Shown here: piece after piece, positions 24,890 to 38,500 of the stretch
How positions within the stretch are numbered: position 1 is the first letter of the stretch
Layout of the letters: the number at the start of each line of letters is the position of its first letter
Assembly (NCBI GenBank): GCA_000004695.1
Contig: CM000152.2
Coordinates: forward strand, 384,001-448,000
Reading direction: 5' to 3'
Length of the DNA stretch: 64,000 nucleotides
Origin: Dictyostelium discoideum
Lineage: Eukaryota
Made by a program: the position numbers and the translations under genes
Notes under the pieces: model-generated
What the model was told of the DNA's origin: nothing
The model's input: only the letters and a program-made list of their open reading frames with translations
The model's database searches: none

Positions 24890-26742
24890 TTGGATTTTGT
24901 TCATAAACCTTTACACCATTTGGAAAATTATTACGAGGAAAATTATAATTTTGAAGATAAATTTTTTTAATTGTTTTTGGTATATTAATTGGTCTTTGAG
25001 TATTAAATAAACAAAGCCATTTAACAGTTGGTGGAATATAAATATCTTGATTAAAACCATCACGTAAAAATAAATTTTTAACACTACTACCAATCATTGG
25101 TGGTGTTGATGATATATTTGATTTAATATTGAATAAATGAAGGTCTGTTATATTTTTTGACAATACATTTTCCAACGGTAAATTAAAACCATCATGAAGG
25201 AATAATTCTAATAAATTAATTGGTGTTTTTATTGATAGAACTTTAATATCGTAAAGATGTAATTCTCTTAATGAATTTGGAATTTGACAACCTTCAATTG
25301 AAAATCCATCATGTAAATGTAAAATTGAAATTTTACTTGATTGTTGTTGTAGTTTTTGATTCATTGGTTTAACAAATGATGATAATGATGATGATGGTGA
25401 TGAATATGGGTTATTAATATTATATATATGTAAAGTTGATACTGTTTTTGGTAATTGATTATAATCTAATTTAATTGAACAACCATCATGAAGATGTAAT
25501 TCAGTCAGAGAAGCACCATAGGTTGTAATTGGTCCAAAAACAACTATATTACCAATATGAAGAGTTTTAATTGATATTGGGACATGGATTTCATGTCTAA
25601 ATCCATCCAATAATATTATTGTATCAACTTCTGTATTTATTAACCATTCATTTAACTTTGGCCATTCACCATTAAAATCACTTCCTAATGAAATTGATTT
25701 GGTTTTATTTTTAATAATTTCAACTCCATTTACATATTTAAAACTATTTTCACTAAATTCAAATATTTTATTATTTTTATTATATGGTGTTAATACCTGT
25801 TGTTGTGGTGGATGTTGATATTGTTGTTGTTGTTGATATTGCTGTTGTTGATAATCTAATAGTTGTTGTTGATATTTAATAAAACGACCATATAAATATT
25901 TTGGAGGAGAAATTGGGAATGAGAGTTTTGATTCTAATTGATTAATTTGAGTCTCTAAGAAATTTTGATATTGTATACTATTTGTTTTTTCAGATTCTAA
26001 TTGGGATATTTTAGATTGAAGTGATAATAAATGTGGTTTTAATGATATGTAGCTACATGTTGATTCATGATTATCTTTATCTTTTAAATGACCATTCCAA
26101 GGACATGAAACATTATTGGCACTGCAATTAGAACTTGATAATATACATTCATTATCTTTATGATGTTTTAGTTCTATTTTAGTATATAATTTTAGATTTG
26201 TTGGTGATGTGATTAAATCATTATTTAATGTTAATTTAGAAGTTGTTGAAATTATTTGACATTCACATTCATTAGTTTTACATTCAAATTCGGAATGATT
26301 TTTAATAAAATATAAACGGGTCATATATTTAATTTCATTTTCTGGATAATTATCTTTACATTGAATACAATAAACCAATAATTCATCTAATTTGTTTGTA
26401 ATGATTTTGGGTGGATTTGATAATTTATTTTTGTTTATAATTTGTTTACAAGATGGACAATTATTTTTACCAATATTAAAATTATTAAGTAAACATTGAT
26501 TACAAAACTTTTATTTTTTTATTTTTATTTTTATTTTACCTTGTTAGAATATTTTATTTTTATTTTTATTTTTTTTTTTTTATTATGTGTATATATATTA
26601 TATAAAATTTTACCATTGACCCACAATTTTGTTCGACAACTGGTTCGAAGAGAGGTAAAAGACAAATTGAACATTCTAATTCCTTATCAATTTCAATTGG
26701 TTGATTATAAATAAATGGAAGAATATTATTTGATTCACCCAT
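24831..26742 (-). CDS. TRAF-type RING/zinc-finger + FNIP-repeat protein (Dictyostelium-specific FNIP repeat family), 2 exons: 26614..26742 and 24831..26507
   Basis: Exon 1 (ATG at 26742) reads MGESNNILPFIYNQPIEIDKELECSICLLPLFEPVVEQNCGSM and ends at a GTAAAA donor at 26613. A 106-nt AT-rich intron ends at the AAAAG acceptor at 26509-26508. Exon 2 continues FCNQCLLNNFNIGKNNCPSCKQII (a RING-like C-x2-C...C-x2-C pattern). Then come a TRAF-like Cys/His region, a coiled coil and a poly-Q tract. The end of the protein carries multiple FNIP repeats (LHLHDGFSIEGCQIPNSLRELHLYDIK..., LFLHDGFNLPLEN..., LFLRDGFNQDIYIPPTVKWL). Confidence 0.8.
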
Positions 26743-27963
26743 TAATATTATCTTTAAAGTTTTCAGAATCAGAAAATTTTTTTTTTTTTTTTTTTTTTGA
26801 ACGAAAGTATTGAATTTGAATAAAAATTAAAAAAAAAAACAAATTTAAAAAAAAAAAAGAAATTTTTAAAAAATTAGATATTTTTTTTATACACTCGGGC
26901 CATCAGGATAAACTCCAATTTACAGGATAAAGATAAGGTTAGCAGATATAAAGATTTCATTTTTTTTTTTATTTTCTATGAGGCAAAATATTCTATTTTT
27001 TTTTTTTTTTTTCTTTTTAATTTTTAAAAATCTATTTTTAGAATTAAAAAGGTATGAGATTTTAAAGGTTGCTTGGAATTAATTAATTTGGTCAAGGAAT
27101 TTAAAGACTTTTAATAAAGATTTTTTTTATTTATTTATTTACCAAACCACAGTGCTTAAATTCCTAGACATTTTTCCAAAAAAAAAAAAAAAACAAACTA
27201 AATCGAATTTTTTTTTTTTTTTAAATAAAATTAATCATAAAGCTTCAAATCGATTTTTTGGTATATTTTTTTTTTTGATTATTTTATAATTAAAATTAAT
27301 TTTTATTGTATCTTTTTGTTTTGTAATATTTCTAAAACAATTTTACACAAACCCGACAGAGTTTGCATCACCAATTGTAGTACCTGTTGTATTTGATTTT
27401 ATGAGATTATGGTTTGGTTCAAGAGCTTTTTAACAAAGAGAGTTTTATTATCATCTTGAGATCCTCCTTCTAAAGGCTATTGTTTAATCAATAATATGGA
27501 TATTTGTACTTAATTGACCAGCGCTGTTTTAGTGGAATTTAAAATTTGTTGTGTATTTTGATGTTTATAATTATGGTAATGGAACTCAAGAGATTCAAAG
27601 TGGTGATTGAAATGAAGAAGAGGAAGAAAAAAGTTAACCAATATTTTTTTTTTTTTTTTTAAAAAATAACTTTTCTTTTTATTTTTTTGCAAATAAAAAA
27701 AATAGTTAATAAAATTAATAATTATTAAACCAATTTTTTTTGCTTATTTATTGTTTGGGGCCAAATAAAAGATTTTTCAAATAAAAAGTGTGGAAAAAAA
27801 AACAATAATAATTTTTGTTGGCTCGATTTTATAAATATTAATTTTATTATTATTATTATTTTAATTTTTTTTATATATAAAATGATTTAAACCTTTCAAA
27901 AAAAATTATTAATTTTAACCTTGCATATGTTTTTTAATTTATTTTTGTAATTTTTCATTTAAT

Positions 27964-28014
<51 letters not shown>

Positions 28015-28649
28015 GTGTTTTTTAAAAGAAATCTATTAATAGTTTGATCGTTTTATTATTTAATTTTTTAAATTTAAATACCTAAGTTATAAACCATATT
28101 TTCCAAAGGATATTATTTTTAAAATTTATAATAATTTTATATAGTAAAAAAAGAATTTTATTATCAATATTTTTTTTTTTTTTTTTTTTTTTAAAATTTT
28201 TTTTTATGGGGTGTGAATGTGGTATGAAATGGCATAGTTAGTAATAAATGCAAAAAAATATACATATTAAAACTTGTTATTAATTTTGTTATATTAAAAT
28301 TTTAATTCTGAGCCAATGGGTGATAGTTTTTTTTATTAAAATTATTATTTATAATTTTATTGATTTATTATTCTTAAAAATCATACCAAAATTATTGTAT
28401 TACTATTTATTTTAGATAATTGGAAATGGGTGTTGGGATAGTAAGTAAATATAATTGTCTGAATTTATAATTGAAGCATTCTTTAAAAATAAAATAAAAT
28501 ACAATAAAATTTTAAACATTGGAAATGAGTGAGTATAAATAAAAGAAAAAAAAATTCATTTAGTATAAAATATTTTTTAAGTTTATAAAATAAAATAAAA
28601 TAAATAAATAAAATTATCTATTTTAAACATATAATAAATAAGAAAAAAA

Positions 28650-30044
28650 ATGAAAGTTTTATTATTATTGGTTTGTTTAGTTTTTGCTTATGTTAATGCA
28701 AGTTATGATGCATGTTACAATGTAGTTTGTCCAAGTAACTATCAATGTAGAGCTGAAGGTGATCAAGCTTATTGTGTACCAGAACATCATGAGTATGGTT
28801 GTGATAGACATTCATGTGGTCGTGGTTATGAATGTGTTGAGCGTTGGGATTCCTTTTGTTGTAAACCAATTCATCACCGTCCACACCCACACCCACGTCC
28901 ACCACATCCACACCCACGTCCAACCAATTGTGATTACACTTCTTGCCCAAGAGAATTTGATTGTCATGTAATCAATAGAAATGTCACTGCTTGTTTACCA
29001 GATAACCATGTTTGCAGAGATTTCCAATGTCCAGTAGGTACTCATTGTTTCAATGGTGAAAGAGGTCCACACTGTGTAAGTGATACTCATTATCCAAATT
29101 TATGTCGTGTAACCAAATGTTCATATGATTTCACTTGTAAAATGGTTAGAGGTAATCCAACTTGTTTAAGAAATCATGATGGTATTTCAACCCATTCTCC
29201 AACCCATACCCCAACCCATTCTCCAACCACCTCTCCAACTCATTGTCCATCTTGTACCGAATTAGCTCCATTTTGTCATTCTGCAGGTTTGGTTTGTAGA
29301 ACTATTCTTAATCCATCTTGTGTTTCTGCAGTAAGAGGTATCATCAATACTAGATCTTGTTGTACCTATATTGCAGTATGTGCTTCAAATTCAACTTCAA
29401 CAACTGGCGCTACTACTGGTGCTACTACACCCACAAGCACAACTGGTGCTGCAACTACCGCTGCTGCTACTACCACTACAGCCACAAGTACAACTGGTGC
29501 TGCAACCACTGCCCCAGCAACTACTACAACCACAAGTACAACTGGTGCTGCAACTACTGCCCCAGCAACTACAACCACAAGTACAACTGGTGCTGCAACC
29601 ACTGCCCCAGCAACTACTACAACCACAGCCACAACTATAGTAGGTGTTACCACTGCTAATTCAGTAGGTGGTTTAACTACTACTAGAGCAACAACAGTTG
29701 CTGGTGTCACTACTGCTAATTCAGTAGGTGGTTTAACTACTGCCGGCATTACAACAGTTGCTGGTGCCACTACTGGTAATTCAGTAGGTGGTTTAACTAC
29801 TGCTAGAGCAACAACAGTTGCTGATGTCACTACTGCTAATTCAGTAGGTGGTTTAACTACTGCCGGCGTTACAACAGTTGCTGGTGCCACTACTGGTAAT
29901 TCAGTAGGTGGTTTAACTACTGCTAGAGCAACAACAGTTGCTGATGTCACTACTGCTAATTCAGTAGGTGGTTTAACTACTTCTAGAGCAACAACAATTG
30001 CTGGTGCCACTACTGCCAATTCAATAGGTGGTTTGACAAATTAA
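28650..30044 (+). CDS. Secreted Cys-rich N-domain / Thr-Ala-Gly-rich tandem-repeat (mucin-like) protein, paralog A
   Basis: Signal peptide MKVLLLLVCLVFAYVNA. Two Cys-rich modules separated by a HHRPHPHPRPPHPHPRP linker. The second module (NCDYTSCPREFDCHVINRNVTACLPDN...FNGERGPHC...YPNLCRVTKC...MVRGNPTCL) is shared with the 32548 gene. Then tandem TTGAATTAPATTTT and ANSVGGLTTARATTVA(G/D)VTT repeats. Confidence 0.7.
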   Translation: MKVLLLLVCLVFAYVNASYDACYNVVCPSNYQCRAEGDQAYCVPEHHEYGCDRHSCGRGYECVERWDSFCCKPIHHRPHPHPRPPHPHPRPTNCDYTSCPREFDCHVINRNVTACLPDNHVCRDFQCPVGTHCFNGERGPHCVSDTHYPNLCRVTKCSYDFTCKMVRGNPTCLRNHDGISTHSPTHTPTHSPTTSPTHCPSCTELAPFCHSAGLVCRTILNPSCVSAVRGIINTRSCCTYIAVCASNSTSTTGATTGATTPTSTTGAATTAAATTTTATSTTGAATTAPATTTTTSTTGAATTAPATTTTSTTGAATTAPATTTTTATTIVGVTTANSVGGLTTTRATTVAGVTTANSVGGLTTAGITTVAGATTGNSVGGLTTARATTVADVTTANSVGGLTTAGVTTVAGATTGNSVGGLTTARATTVADVTTANSVGGLTTSRATTIAGATTANSIGGLTN

Positions 30045-30384
30045 AATTTTAATCAAAACAGAAACACCTAAAACAAGAAATGGAAAACGTAAATAAAATT
30101 TTAATTTATTTAAATTTTTTTATTTTAGATTTTATTTTTTATTTCTAAATTTTATTTTTTTATTTTTCTATTATATTTTTTATTTTTTTTTATTTATTTT
30201 ATTTTATTTTTACTTTTTTTATTTTATTTTTACTTTTTATTTATTTTATTTTTATTTTTAATTTTATTTTTAAATTTATTTATTTTGTTTTTATTTTTAA
30301 ATTTTATTTTTATTTTTATTTATTTTATTTTATTTTATTTTTACTTTTTTTTATTTTTATAAAGATTTAGAACAATTTGATGAT

Positions 30385-31288
30385 ATGACTGGGATCTCTA
30401 ATATTAATTTTTTTGATTTATTAAAAAAGGTTGAATTTTTAATAAAAAAAAAAAAAGATAATAGAGGTCGAAAACAAATTTATAAAACAAAAGAAAAATT
30501 ATTTGTCACCTTGTTTCACATGAGGCATTATACAAGATTAATTGTTTTAAATAAGTTGTTTGGTATTAGTGCATCTACATTCACTAGGATATATGATGAG
30601 ATATTGGATATACTTTTTCAATTATCATTAGGATAATTTTGAAGAGGTTTTTAAAAATAGATTTAATGAAGAAACAAGCTGTGTAGATTATGAATCTCCA
30701 GATGTTGGTCTGGCAACAATTACAATGGTAGTTGATGGATCAGAGCAGCAAATTACGATTCCATTAGATGAAGATGTCAAAAACATTTTATACAGTGGGA
30801 AAAAGGGTAAATCTACTCTAACCTTATTGGTTTATTGTTGTCCAAAATCTGGGAAAATATTACACGTAGGTTCAACATGTGGCGGAAGTAACAATGACAT
30901 CAATTTGTTTGAGAGAGATAAAGACTTTATATCAAAATAGGAAAAAGAAAAAGAATTTATATTAGGTGATAGAGGATTTGTTGGTGTTGGAAGGTTAGTA
31001 TTAACTATTCCAAAAGGTAAAAGAGATTATGAACAGAAACAAACAGATATAGATCAAAAATCAATAAGAATAATTATTGAAAATGTGTTTGCTAAAATAA
31101 AAAGATTCTTTATTACAAGTATGCCACTAAGATATAAATTTTCAGTAGGATCAATTGATATGGATAGTGTTCAAGAAAAACACCACAAAACATGGTGTGT
31201 TGTAGGCTATATTATAAATTTGTTTAAACCAATAAGAGATCTAAAAAAAAATCTTAAAAAAATGACAATAAATAATAAAATAATTTAA
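30385..31288 (+). pseudogene. Decayed Harbinger/PIF-type (DDE_Tnp_4) transposase gene remnant
   Basis: Three consecutive ORF pieces. The first, ...RGRKQIYKTKEKLFVTLFHMRHYTRLIVLNKLFGISASTFTRIYDEILDIL, is the HTH N-domain. The second, DNFEEVFKNRFNEETSCVDYESPDVGLATITMVVDGSEQQITIP...YSGKKGKSTLTLLVYCCPKSGKILHVGSTCGGSNNDINLF, holds the DDE core (DG[ST]...YSGKK...PGS.HD). The third, ILGDRGFVGVGRLVLTIPKGKRDYEQKQTDIDQKSIRIIIENVFAKIKRFFI, holds the LGDxGY...E motif. One +1 frame change near 30636 and one in-frame TAG at 30938-30940 interrupt it. No terminal inverted repeats were identified by eye. Confidence 0.6.
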
Positions 31289-31451
31289 TAATGAATTTAT
31301 TATAATCAATGATTTTTTAATTGTTCACTATTTTTTTTTTCCATATGAAATTAATATAAAAAAAAAAGAAAAAAAAACAAAAAAAAAAAATTTTTTTGAT
31401 TTTTTTTGATTTTTTTTTTTGGTGGGATCCATGATAAATTGTTTGGATAAA

Positions 31452-31486
<35 letters not shown>

Positions 31487-31730
31487 ATTTGTTTAAATTT
31501 CTATTTTATTCCTTTTGCTAATATCTATGGCCAAAAAGTTGGGAAATAATTTAATTTGATTTTAATTTTTTTTTTTTTTAAGATAAACTTGAAAATGTAT
31601 AAAGATTTTTGATCATTCACATAATTTGATATTAAAAAAAATAACCAATGTTTCTATTTACCATTTTAAAAGAATATAAAATCGAATTCTTTTTTTTTTT
31701 TTAAACAAAGTTTTTTTTTTATTTCTTTTA

Positions 31731-31787
<57 letters not shown>

Positions 31788-32547
31788 TTTAATAATAAAA
31801 TTATACATATACAAGGAACCAGATATTATTATATTTTTTTGTTTTTTTAATTATTTCACATAAAAAAGGGGTTAAAATAAAAATAAAGGGAGAGTTTTTT
31901 TTTTTTTTGTAAGAAATCTTGAGATATTATGATCATTTTATTTTAATTTTTCAATTAAATTTTATAAGAATGTTTGAGAGGATAAAAATTAAATTAATTT
32001 TATTAAAATAACCCACAATTTTATATTATAAAAAAAGACAATCTTTTATGGATATTATTTCATTTTTTATTTTTTTTTTGGATTGTGGTATGAAATTGTA
32101 AATTTAAAAAAAAAAAACTCAAAAACATAGTGTTATTAAACATTTATAATAAAAAGCTTATATTAAAGATGAGAATAATTAACCAATTAGTAATTGTTAT
32201 TGGTATGTTTTTATTTTTTTTGATTTCTTTTTTTAACAAATCATACGAAAACTTTGTAAAATAACTTATACTTTGTTGATTAAATATACAAATGGAAAGA
32301 AAGTAAATATAATTTTCTGAAAATAAATGAAGTATTTTTTACAAAAAATTAAATTAATTAAAAAAAAAAAAAATTAAATAAAAATTAAAAAATCGATATT
32401 GGTATAAATAAAAAAGAATTTAATTTGGTAAAACTATTTTAATGTTTATTATATAAAATTTATTTATTTTTTTATTTTATTTTATAGACATATAAATTGG
32501 ATTTTTCTTAAATAAAAAAAAAAAATAAAATAAACCATTAAAAAAAA

Positions 32548-35500
32548 ATGAAAGTTTTTTTATTAATATTATTGGTTTGTTTTATTTCTATTAATGTTGA
32601 TGCATTTCATAATTATAGAGCCAATTGTGATTACACCTCTTGTCCTAGAGAATTTAGTTGCCATGTAATCAATAGAAATATCACTGCTTGTTTACCAGAT
32701 AATGATATTTGTAGAAATTTTCCATGTCCACAGGGTAGTCATTGTTTCAATGGTGAAAGAGGTCCTGGTTGTTTTGATGATATCCATTATCCAAATTTAT
32801 GCTATGTAACCCATTGTTCATTGGATTATGATTGTAGAATGGTTAGAGGTGATCCAATATGTTTAAGATTTCAAAATGTTAATCCAACTAATACTCCAAC
32901 CCCCACCCCAGTTCATTGTACCACTTGTGCTGAACTAGCTTCTACTTGTCACTCTGATGGTTTAGTTTGTAGAACTATTGTTAATCCCAAGTGCCGTGGT
33001 AATTCAATAAAAGCTCTCGCCAAAACTAAAGCATGTTGTCCATATATTGCATTTTGTGATTCAAATTCAACCTCACACACAACTGGGGTACAAACAACAA
33101 CAGGAAGAAGTACGACTGGTGTACAATCAACAACTGGTAGGAGTACAACTGGTAGAAGTACAACTGGTAGAGGTACAACTGGTACAAGTACAACTGGTAC
33201 AAGTACAACTGGTACAAGCACAACTGGTAGAAGCACAACTGGTACAAGTACAACTGGTACAAGTACAACTGGTAGAAGTACAACTGGTACAAGTACAACT
33301 GGTACAAGTACAACTGGTACAAGTACAACTGGTACAAGCACAACTGGTACAAGTACAACTGGTACAAGCACAACTGGTACAAGTACAACTGGTACAAGTA
33401 CAACTGGTACAAGTACAACTGGTACAAGCACAACTGGTACAAGCACAACTGGTACAAGCACAACTGGTACAAGTACAACTGGTAGAAGCACAACTGGTAG
33501 AAGTACAACTGGTAGAAGTACAACTGGTAGAAGTACAACTGGTAGAAGTACAACTGGTAGAAGTACAACTGGTAGAAGTACAACTGGTAGAAGTACAACT
33601 GGTTCCGCTTCAACCACAGGAAGAGGTACAACTGGTTCTGCTTCAACCACAGGAAGAGGTACAACTGGTTCTGCTTCAACCACAGGAAGAGGTACAACTG
33701 GTGCTGCTTCAACCACAGGAAGAAGTACAACTGGTAGAGGTACAACTGGTAGAAGTACAACTGGTAGAAGTACAACTGGTTCCGCTTCAACCACAGGAAG
33801 AGGTACAACTGGTTCCGCTTCAACCACAGGAAGAAGTACAACTGGTTCCGCTTCAACCACTGGAAGAAGTACAACTGGTTCTGCTTCAACCACAGGAAGA
33901 GGTACAACTGGTTCTGCTTCAACTACAGGAAGAGGTACAACTGGTTCTGCTTCAACCACAGGAAGAGGTACAACTGGTTCTGCTTCAACCACAGGAAGAG
34001 GTACAACTGGTTCTGCTTCAACCACAGGAAGAAGTACAACTGGTGCTGCTTCAACCACAGGAAGAAGTACAACTGGTAGAGGCACAACTGGGGTACAATC
34101 AACAACTGGTGCTGCTTCAACCATAGGAAGAAGTACAACTGGTTCTGCTTCAACCACAGGAAGAGGTACAACTGGTGCTGCTTCAACCACAGGAAGAAGT
34201 ACAACTGGTGCTGCTTCAACCACAGGAAGAAGTACAACTGGTAGAGGTACAACTGGTGCTACTACTGCTAATTCAATAGGTGGTTTGACAACTGCTGGCG
34301 TCACAACAGTTGCTGGAGTAACTACTGCTACTGCCTCAACCGTTGCTGGAGTAACTACTGCCTCAACCGTTGCTGGTGTAACTACTAATTCAATAGGTGG
34401 TGTAACCACAGGAAGAGGTACAACTGGTGCTGCTTCAACTACAGGAAGAAGTACAACTGGTAGAGGTACAACTGGTGCTACTACTGCTAATTCAATAGGT
34501 GGTTTAACAACTGCTGGCGTCACAACAGTTGCTGGAGTAACTACTGCTACTGCCTCAACCGTTGCTGGAGTAACTACTGGTAGAGGTACAACTGGTTCTG
34601 CTTCAACCACAGGAAGAGGTACAACTGGTGCTGCCTCAACCGTTGCAGGAGTAACTACTGCTAATTCAATAGGTGGTATAACCACTGCTACTGCCTCAAC
34701 TGTTGCTGGAGTAACTACTGCTAATTCAATAGGTGGTTTGACTACTGCTGGCGTCACAACCGTTGCTGGAGTAACTACTGCCTCAACCGTTGCTGGAGTA
34801 ACTACTGCCTCAACCGTTGCTGGTGTAACTACTAATTCAATAGGTGGTGTAACCACAGGAAGAGGTACAACTGGTGCTACTACTGCTAATTCAATAGGTG
34901 GTGTAACCACAGGTAGAGGTACAACTGGTGCTACTACTGCTAATTCAATAGGTGGTTTAACAACTGCTGGCGTCACAACAGTTGCTGGAGTAACTACTGC
35001 TACTGCCTCAACCGTTGCTGGAGTAACTACTGCTACTGCCTCAACAGTTGCTGGAGTAACTACTGCTAATTCAATAGGTGGTTTGACAACTGCTGGCGTC
35101 ACAACAGTTGCTGGTGTCACTACTGTCAATTCAATAGGTGGTGCAACCACTGCCAATTCAATAGATGGTGCAACCACTGCCACTGCCTCAACCGTTGCAG
35201 GAGTAACTACTGCTAATTCAATAGGTGGTATAACCACTGCTACTGCCTCAACTGTTGCTGGAGTAACTACTGCTAATTCAATAGGTGGTGTAACCACAGG
35301 AAGAGGTACAACTGGTGCTGCTTCAACTACAGGAAGAAGTACAACTGGTAGAGGTACAACTGGTGCTACTACTGCTAATTCAATAGGTGGTTTAACAACT
35401 GCTGGCGTCACAACAGTTGCTGGAGTAACTACTGCTACTGCCTCAACCGTTGCTGGAGTAACTACTGCTAATTCAATAGGTGGTTTGACAACTGCTGGCG

Positions 35501-38500
35501 TCACAACAGTTGCTGGTGTCACTACTGTCAATTCAATAGGTGGTGCAACCACTGCCAATTCAATAGATGGTGCAACCACTGCCACTGCCTCAACCGTTGC
35601 AGGAGTAACTACTGCTAATTCAATAGGTGGTATAACCACTGCTACTGCCTCAACTGTTGCTGGAGTAACTACTGTCAATTCAATAGGTGTAACAACTGCT
35701 AGTTCAATAGGTGGTTTAACAACTGCTGGCGTCACAACCGTTGCTGGTGCCACTACTGCCAATTCAATAGGTGGTTTAACTACTGCTGGCATTACAACAG
35801 TTGCTGGTGCCACTACTGTCAATTCAATAGGTGGTTTGACAACTGCTGGCATCACAACAGTTGCTGGTGTCACTACTGCCAATTCAATAGATGGTGCAAC
35901 CACTGCCACTGCCTCTGCCTCAACCGTTGCAGGAGTAACTACTGCTAATTCAATAGGTGGTATAACCACTGCTACTGCCTCATCTGTTGCTGGAGTAACT
36001 ACTGCTTCAGTTGGAGGTTTGACAACTGCAGTTGCCTCTACAGTAGCTGGAGTAACTACTGCTGCTTCAATAGGTGGCGTAACCACTGCTACTGCCTCAA
36101 CCGTTGCTGGAGTAACTACTGCCTCAACCGTTGCTGGTGTAACTACTAATTCAATAGGTGGTGTAACCACTGCTACTGCCTCAACTGTTGCAGGTGTAAC
36201 TACTGCTGCTTCAATAGGTGGTTTAACTACTGCTGGTTTAACAACAGTTGCTGGATTTACCACTGCTGCCTCTGTTGGAGGTTTAACTACTGCTGGTGCT
36301 ACAACAGTTGCTGGTTCAACAACTTCCCCAGCATCAGTAGGTGACTTAACTACTGCTGGAGCAACAACAGTTGCTGGGGTTACCACTGCTGCTTCTGTTG
36401 GAGGTTTAACTACTGCTGGTGCTACAACAGTTGGAGGTTTAACTAATGCTAATTCAATAGGTGGTGTAACCACTGCTACTGCCTCAACGGTTGCTGGTGT
36501 AACTACTAATTCAATAGGTGGTGTAACCACTGCTACTGCCTCAACTGTTGCAGGTGTAACTACTGCTGCTTCAATAGGTGGTTTAACTACTGCTGGTTTA
36601 ACAACAGTTGCTGGAGTAACTACTGCTTCAGTTGGAGGTTTGACAACTGCAACTGCCTCTACAGTAGCTGGAGTAACTACTGCTGCTTCAATAGGAGGTT
36701 TAACTACTGCCGGCATTACAACAGTTGCTGGTTCAACAACAACAGTTGCTGGAGTCACCACTGCTGCTTCTGTTGGAGGTTTAACTACTGCTGGTGCTAC
36801 AACAGTTGCTGGAGTTACTACTGCTGCTTCTATTGGAGGTTTAACTACTGCTGGTGCTACAACAGTTGCCGGAGTTACTACTGCTGCTTCTATTGGAGGT
36901 TTAACTACTGCCAGTTTAACAACAGTTGCTGGTTCAACAACTTCCTCTTCATCAGTTGGTGGTTTAACTACTGCTGGAGCAACAACAGTTGCTGGAGTAA
37001 CTACTGCTGCTTCTGTTGGTGGTTTAACTACTGCTGGTATTACAACAGTTGCTGGAGTTACTACTGCTGCTTCTGTTGGAGGTTTAACTACTGCCGGTTT
37101 AACAACAGTTGCTGGTTCAACAACTTCCTCTTCATCAGTTGGTGGTTTAACTACTGCTGGAGCAACAACAGTTGCTGGAGTTACTACTGCTGGAGCAACA
37201 ACAGTTGCTGGAGTTACTACTGCTGCTTCTGTTGGAGGTTTAACTACTGCCGGTATTACAACAGTTTCTGGAGTAACTACTGCCAATTCAATAGGTGGCG
37301 CGAACACCGCTACCGCCGGTATAACTACTGCTGGAGCAACAACAGTTGCTGGAGTTACTACTGCTTCTGTTGGTGGTTTAACTACTGCCGGTATTACAAC
37401 AGTTGCTGGAGTAACTACTGCTGCTTCTGTTGGTGGTTTAACTACTGGTATTACAACAGTTGCTGGAGTTACTACTGCTGCTTCTGTTGGAGGTTTAACT
37501 ACTGCCGGTTTAACAACAGTTGCTGGTTCGACAACTTCATCTTCATCAATTGGAAGTTTGACTACGGCTGGTTTAACAACAGTTGCTGGAGTTACTACCG
37601 CTGCTTCTGTTGGAGGTTTGACAACTGCCGGTGTAACAACAGTTGCTGGCTCAACAACTTCCCCAGCATCAGTAGGTGGTTTAACTACTGCTACTGCCTC
37701 AACGGTCGCTGGAGTTACTACTGCCGCTTCAATAGGAGGTTTAACTACAGCTGGTATAACAACAATTGCTGGTTCAACAACTTCTGCTTCATCAGTGGGT
37801 GGTTTAACTACTGCTGGTTTAACAACAGTTGCTGGAGTTACTACTTCTGCTTCTGTTGGAGGTTTTACAACTGCCGGTATAACAACAGTTGCTGGTTCAA
37901 CAACTTCCCGAGCATCAGTAGGTGGTTTAACTACTGCTGGTGCTACAACAGTTGCTGGAGTTACTACTGCTGCTTCTGTAGGTGGTTTAACTACTTCTTC
38001 TTTGACAACAGTAGCTGGTGTCACTACTGGTACTGCTTCTGTTGGTGGTTTAACGACTGCTGGTGTAACTACCACCGCTGCTTCTGTTGGTGGTTTAACA
38101 ACTGCAGGTATTTCAACAATATCTGGTGTTACTACTGCCACAGCCTCAACGGTGGCAGGTATGACTACTGCCGCTGCTACATCAGGTGGTGTTTCAACTG
38201 CTACCGTATCATCAGGTGCCACAACTACTCAGGCATCAACACTATTTGGAATAACAACTGCTGCTTCTGTAGGCGCTTTAACAACAGCAGGTATGACAAC
38301 AGTCGCTGGTTTTACTACTGCTGCTTTTGTAGGTGGTTTAACAACTGCTGGTTTAACAACTGCTGGTGTAACTACTACCGCTGCTTCTGTTGGTGGTTTA
38401 ACAACTGCTGGTGTAACAACTACTGCTGCTTCTGTTGGTGGTTTAACAACTGCTGGTGTGACTACTACCGCTGCTTCTGTTGGTGGCTTAACAACTGCTG

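Noticed and set aside
32949-38222. 1757-aa antisense ORF (PVVLLPVVEAEPVVPLP...) and other long antisense or shifted-frame ORFs across 33026..34252, 38229..38564 and 29366..30019
   Set aside because: These are mirror or alternate-frame artefacts of the Thr/Gly codon tandem repeat. The sense frame has the signal peptide and the conserved Cys-rich domain, and is continuous from an ATG.
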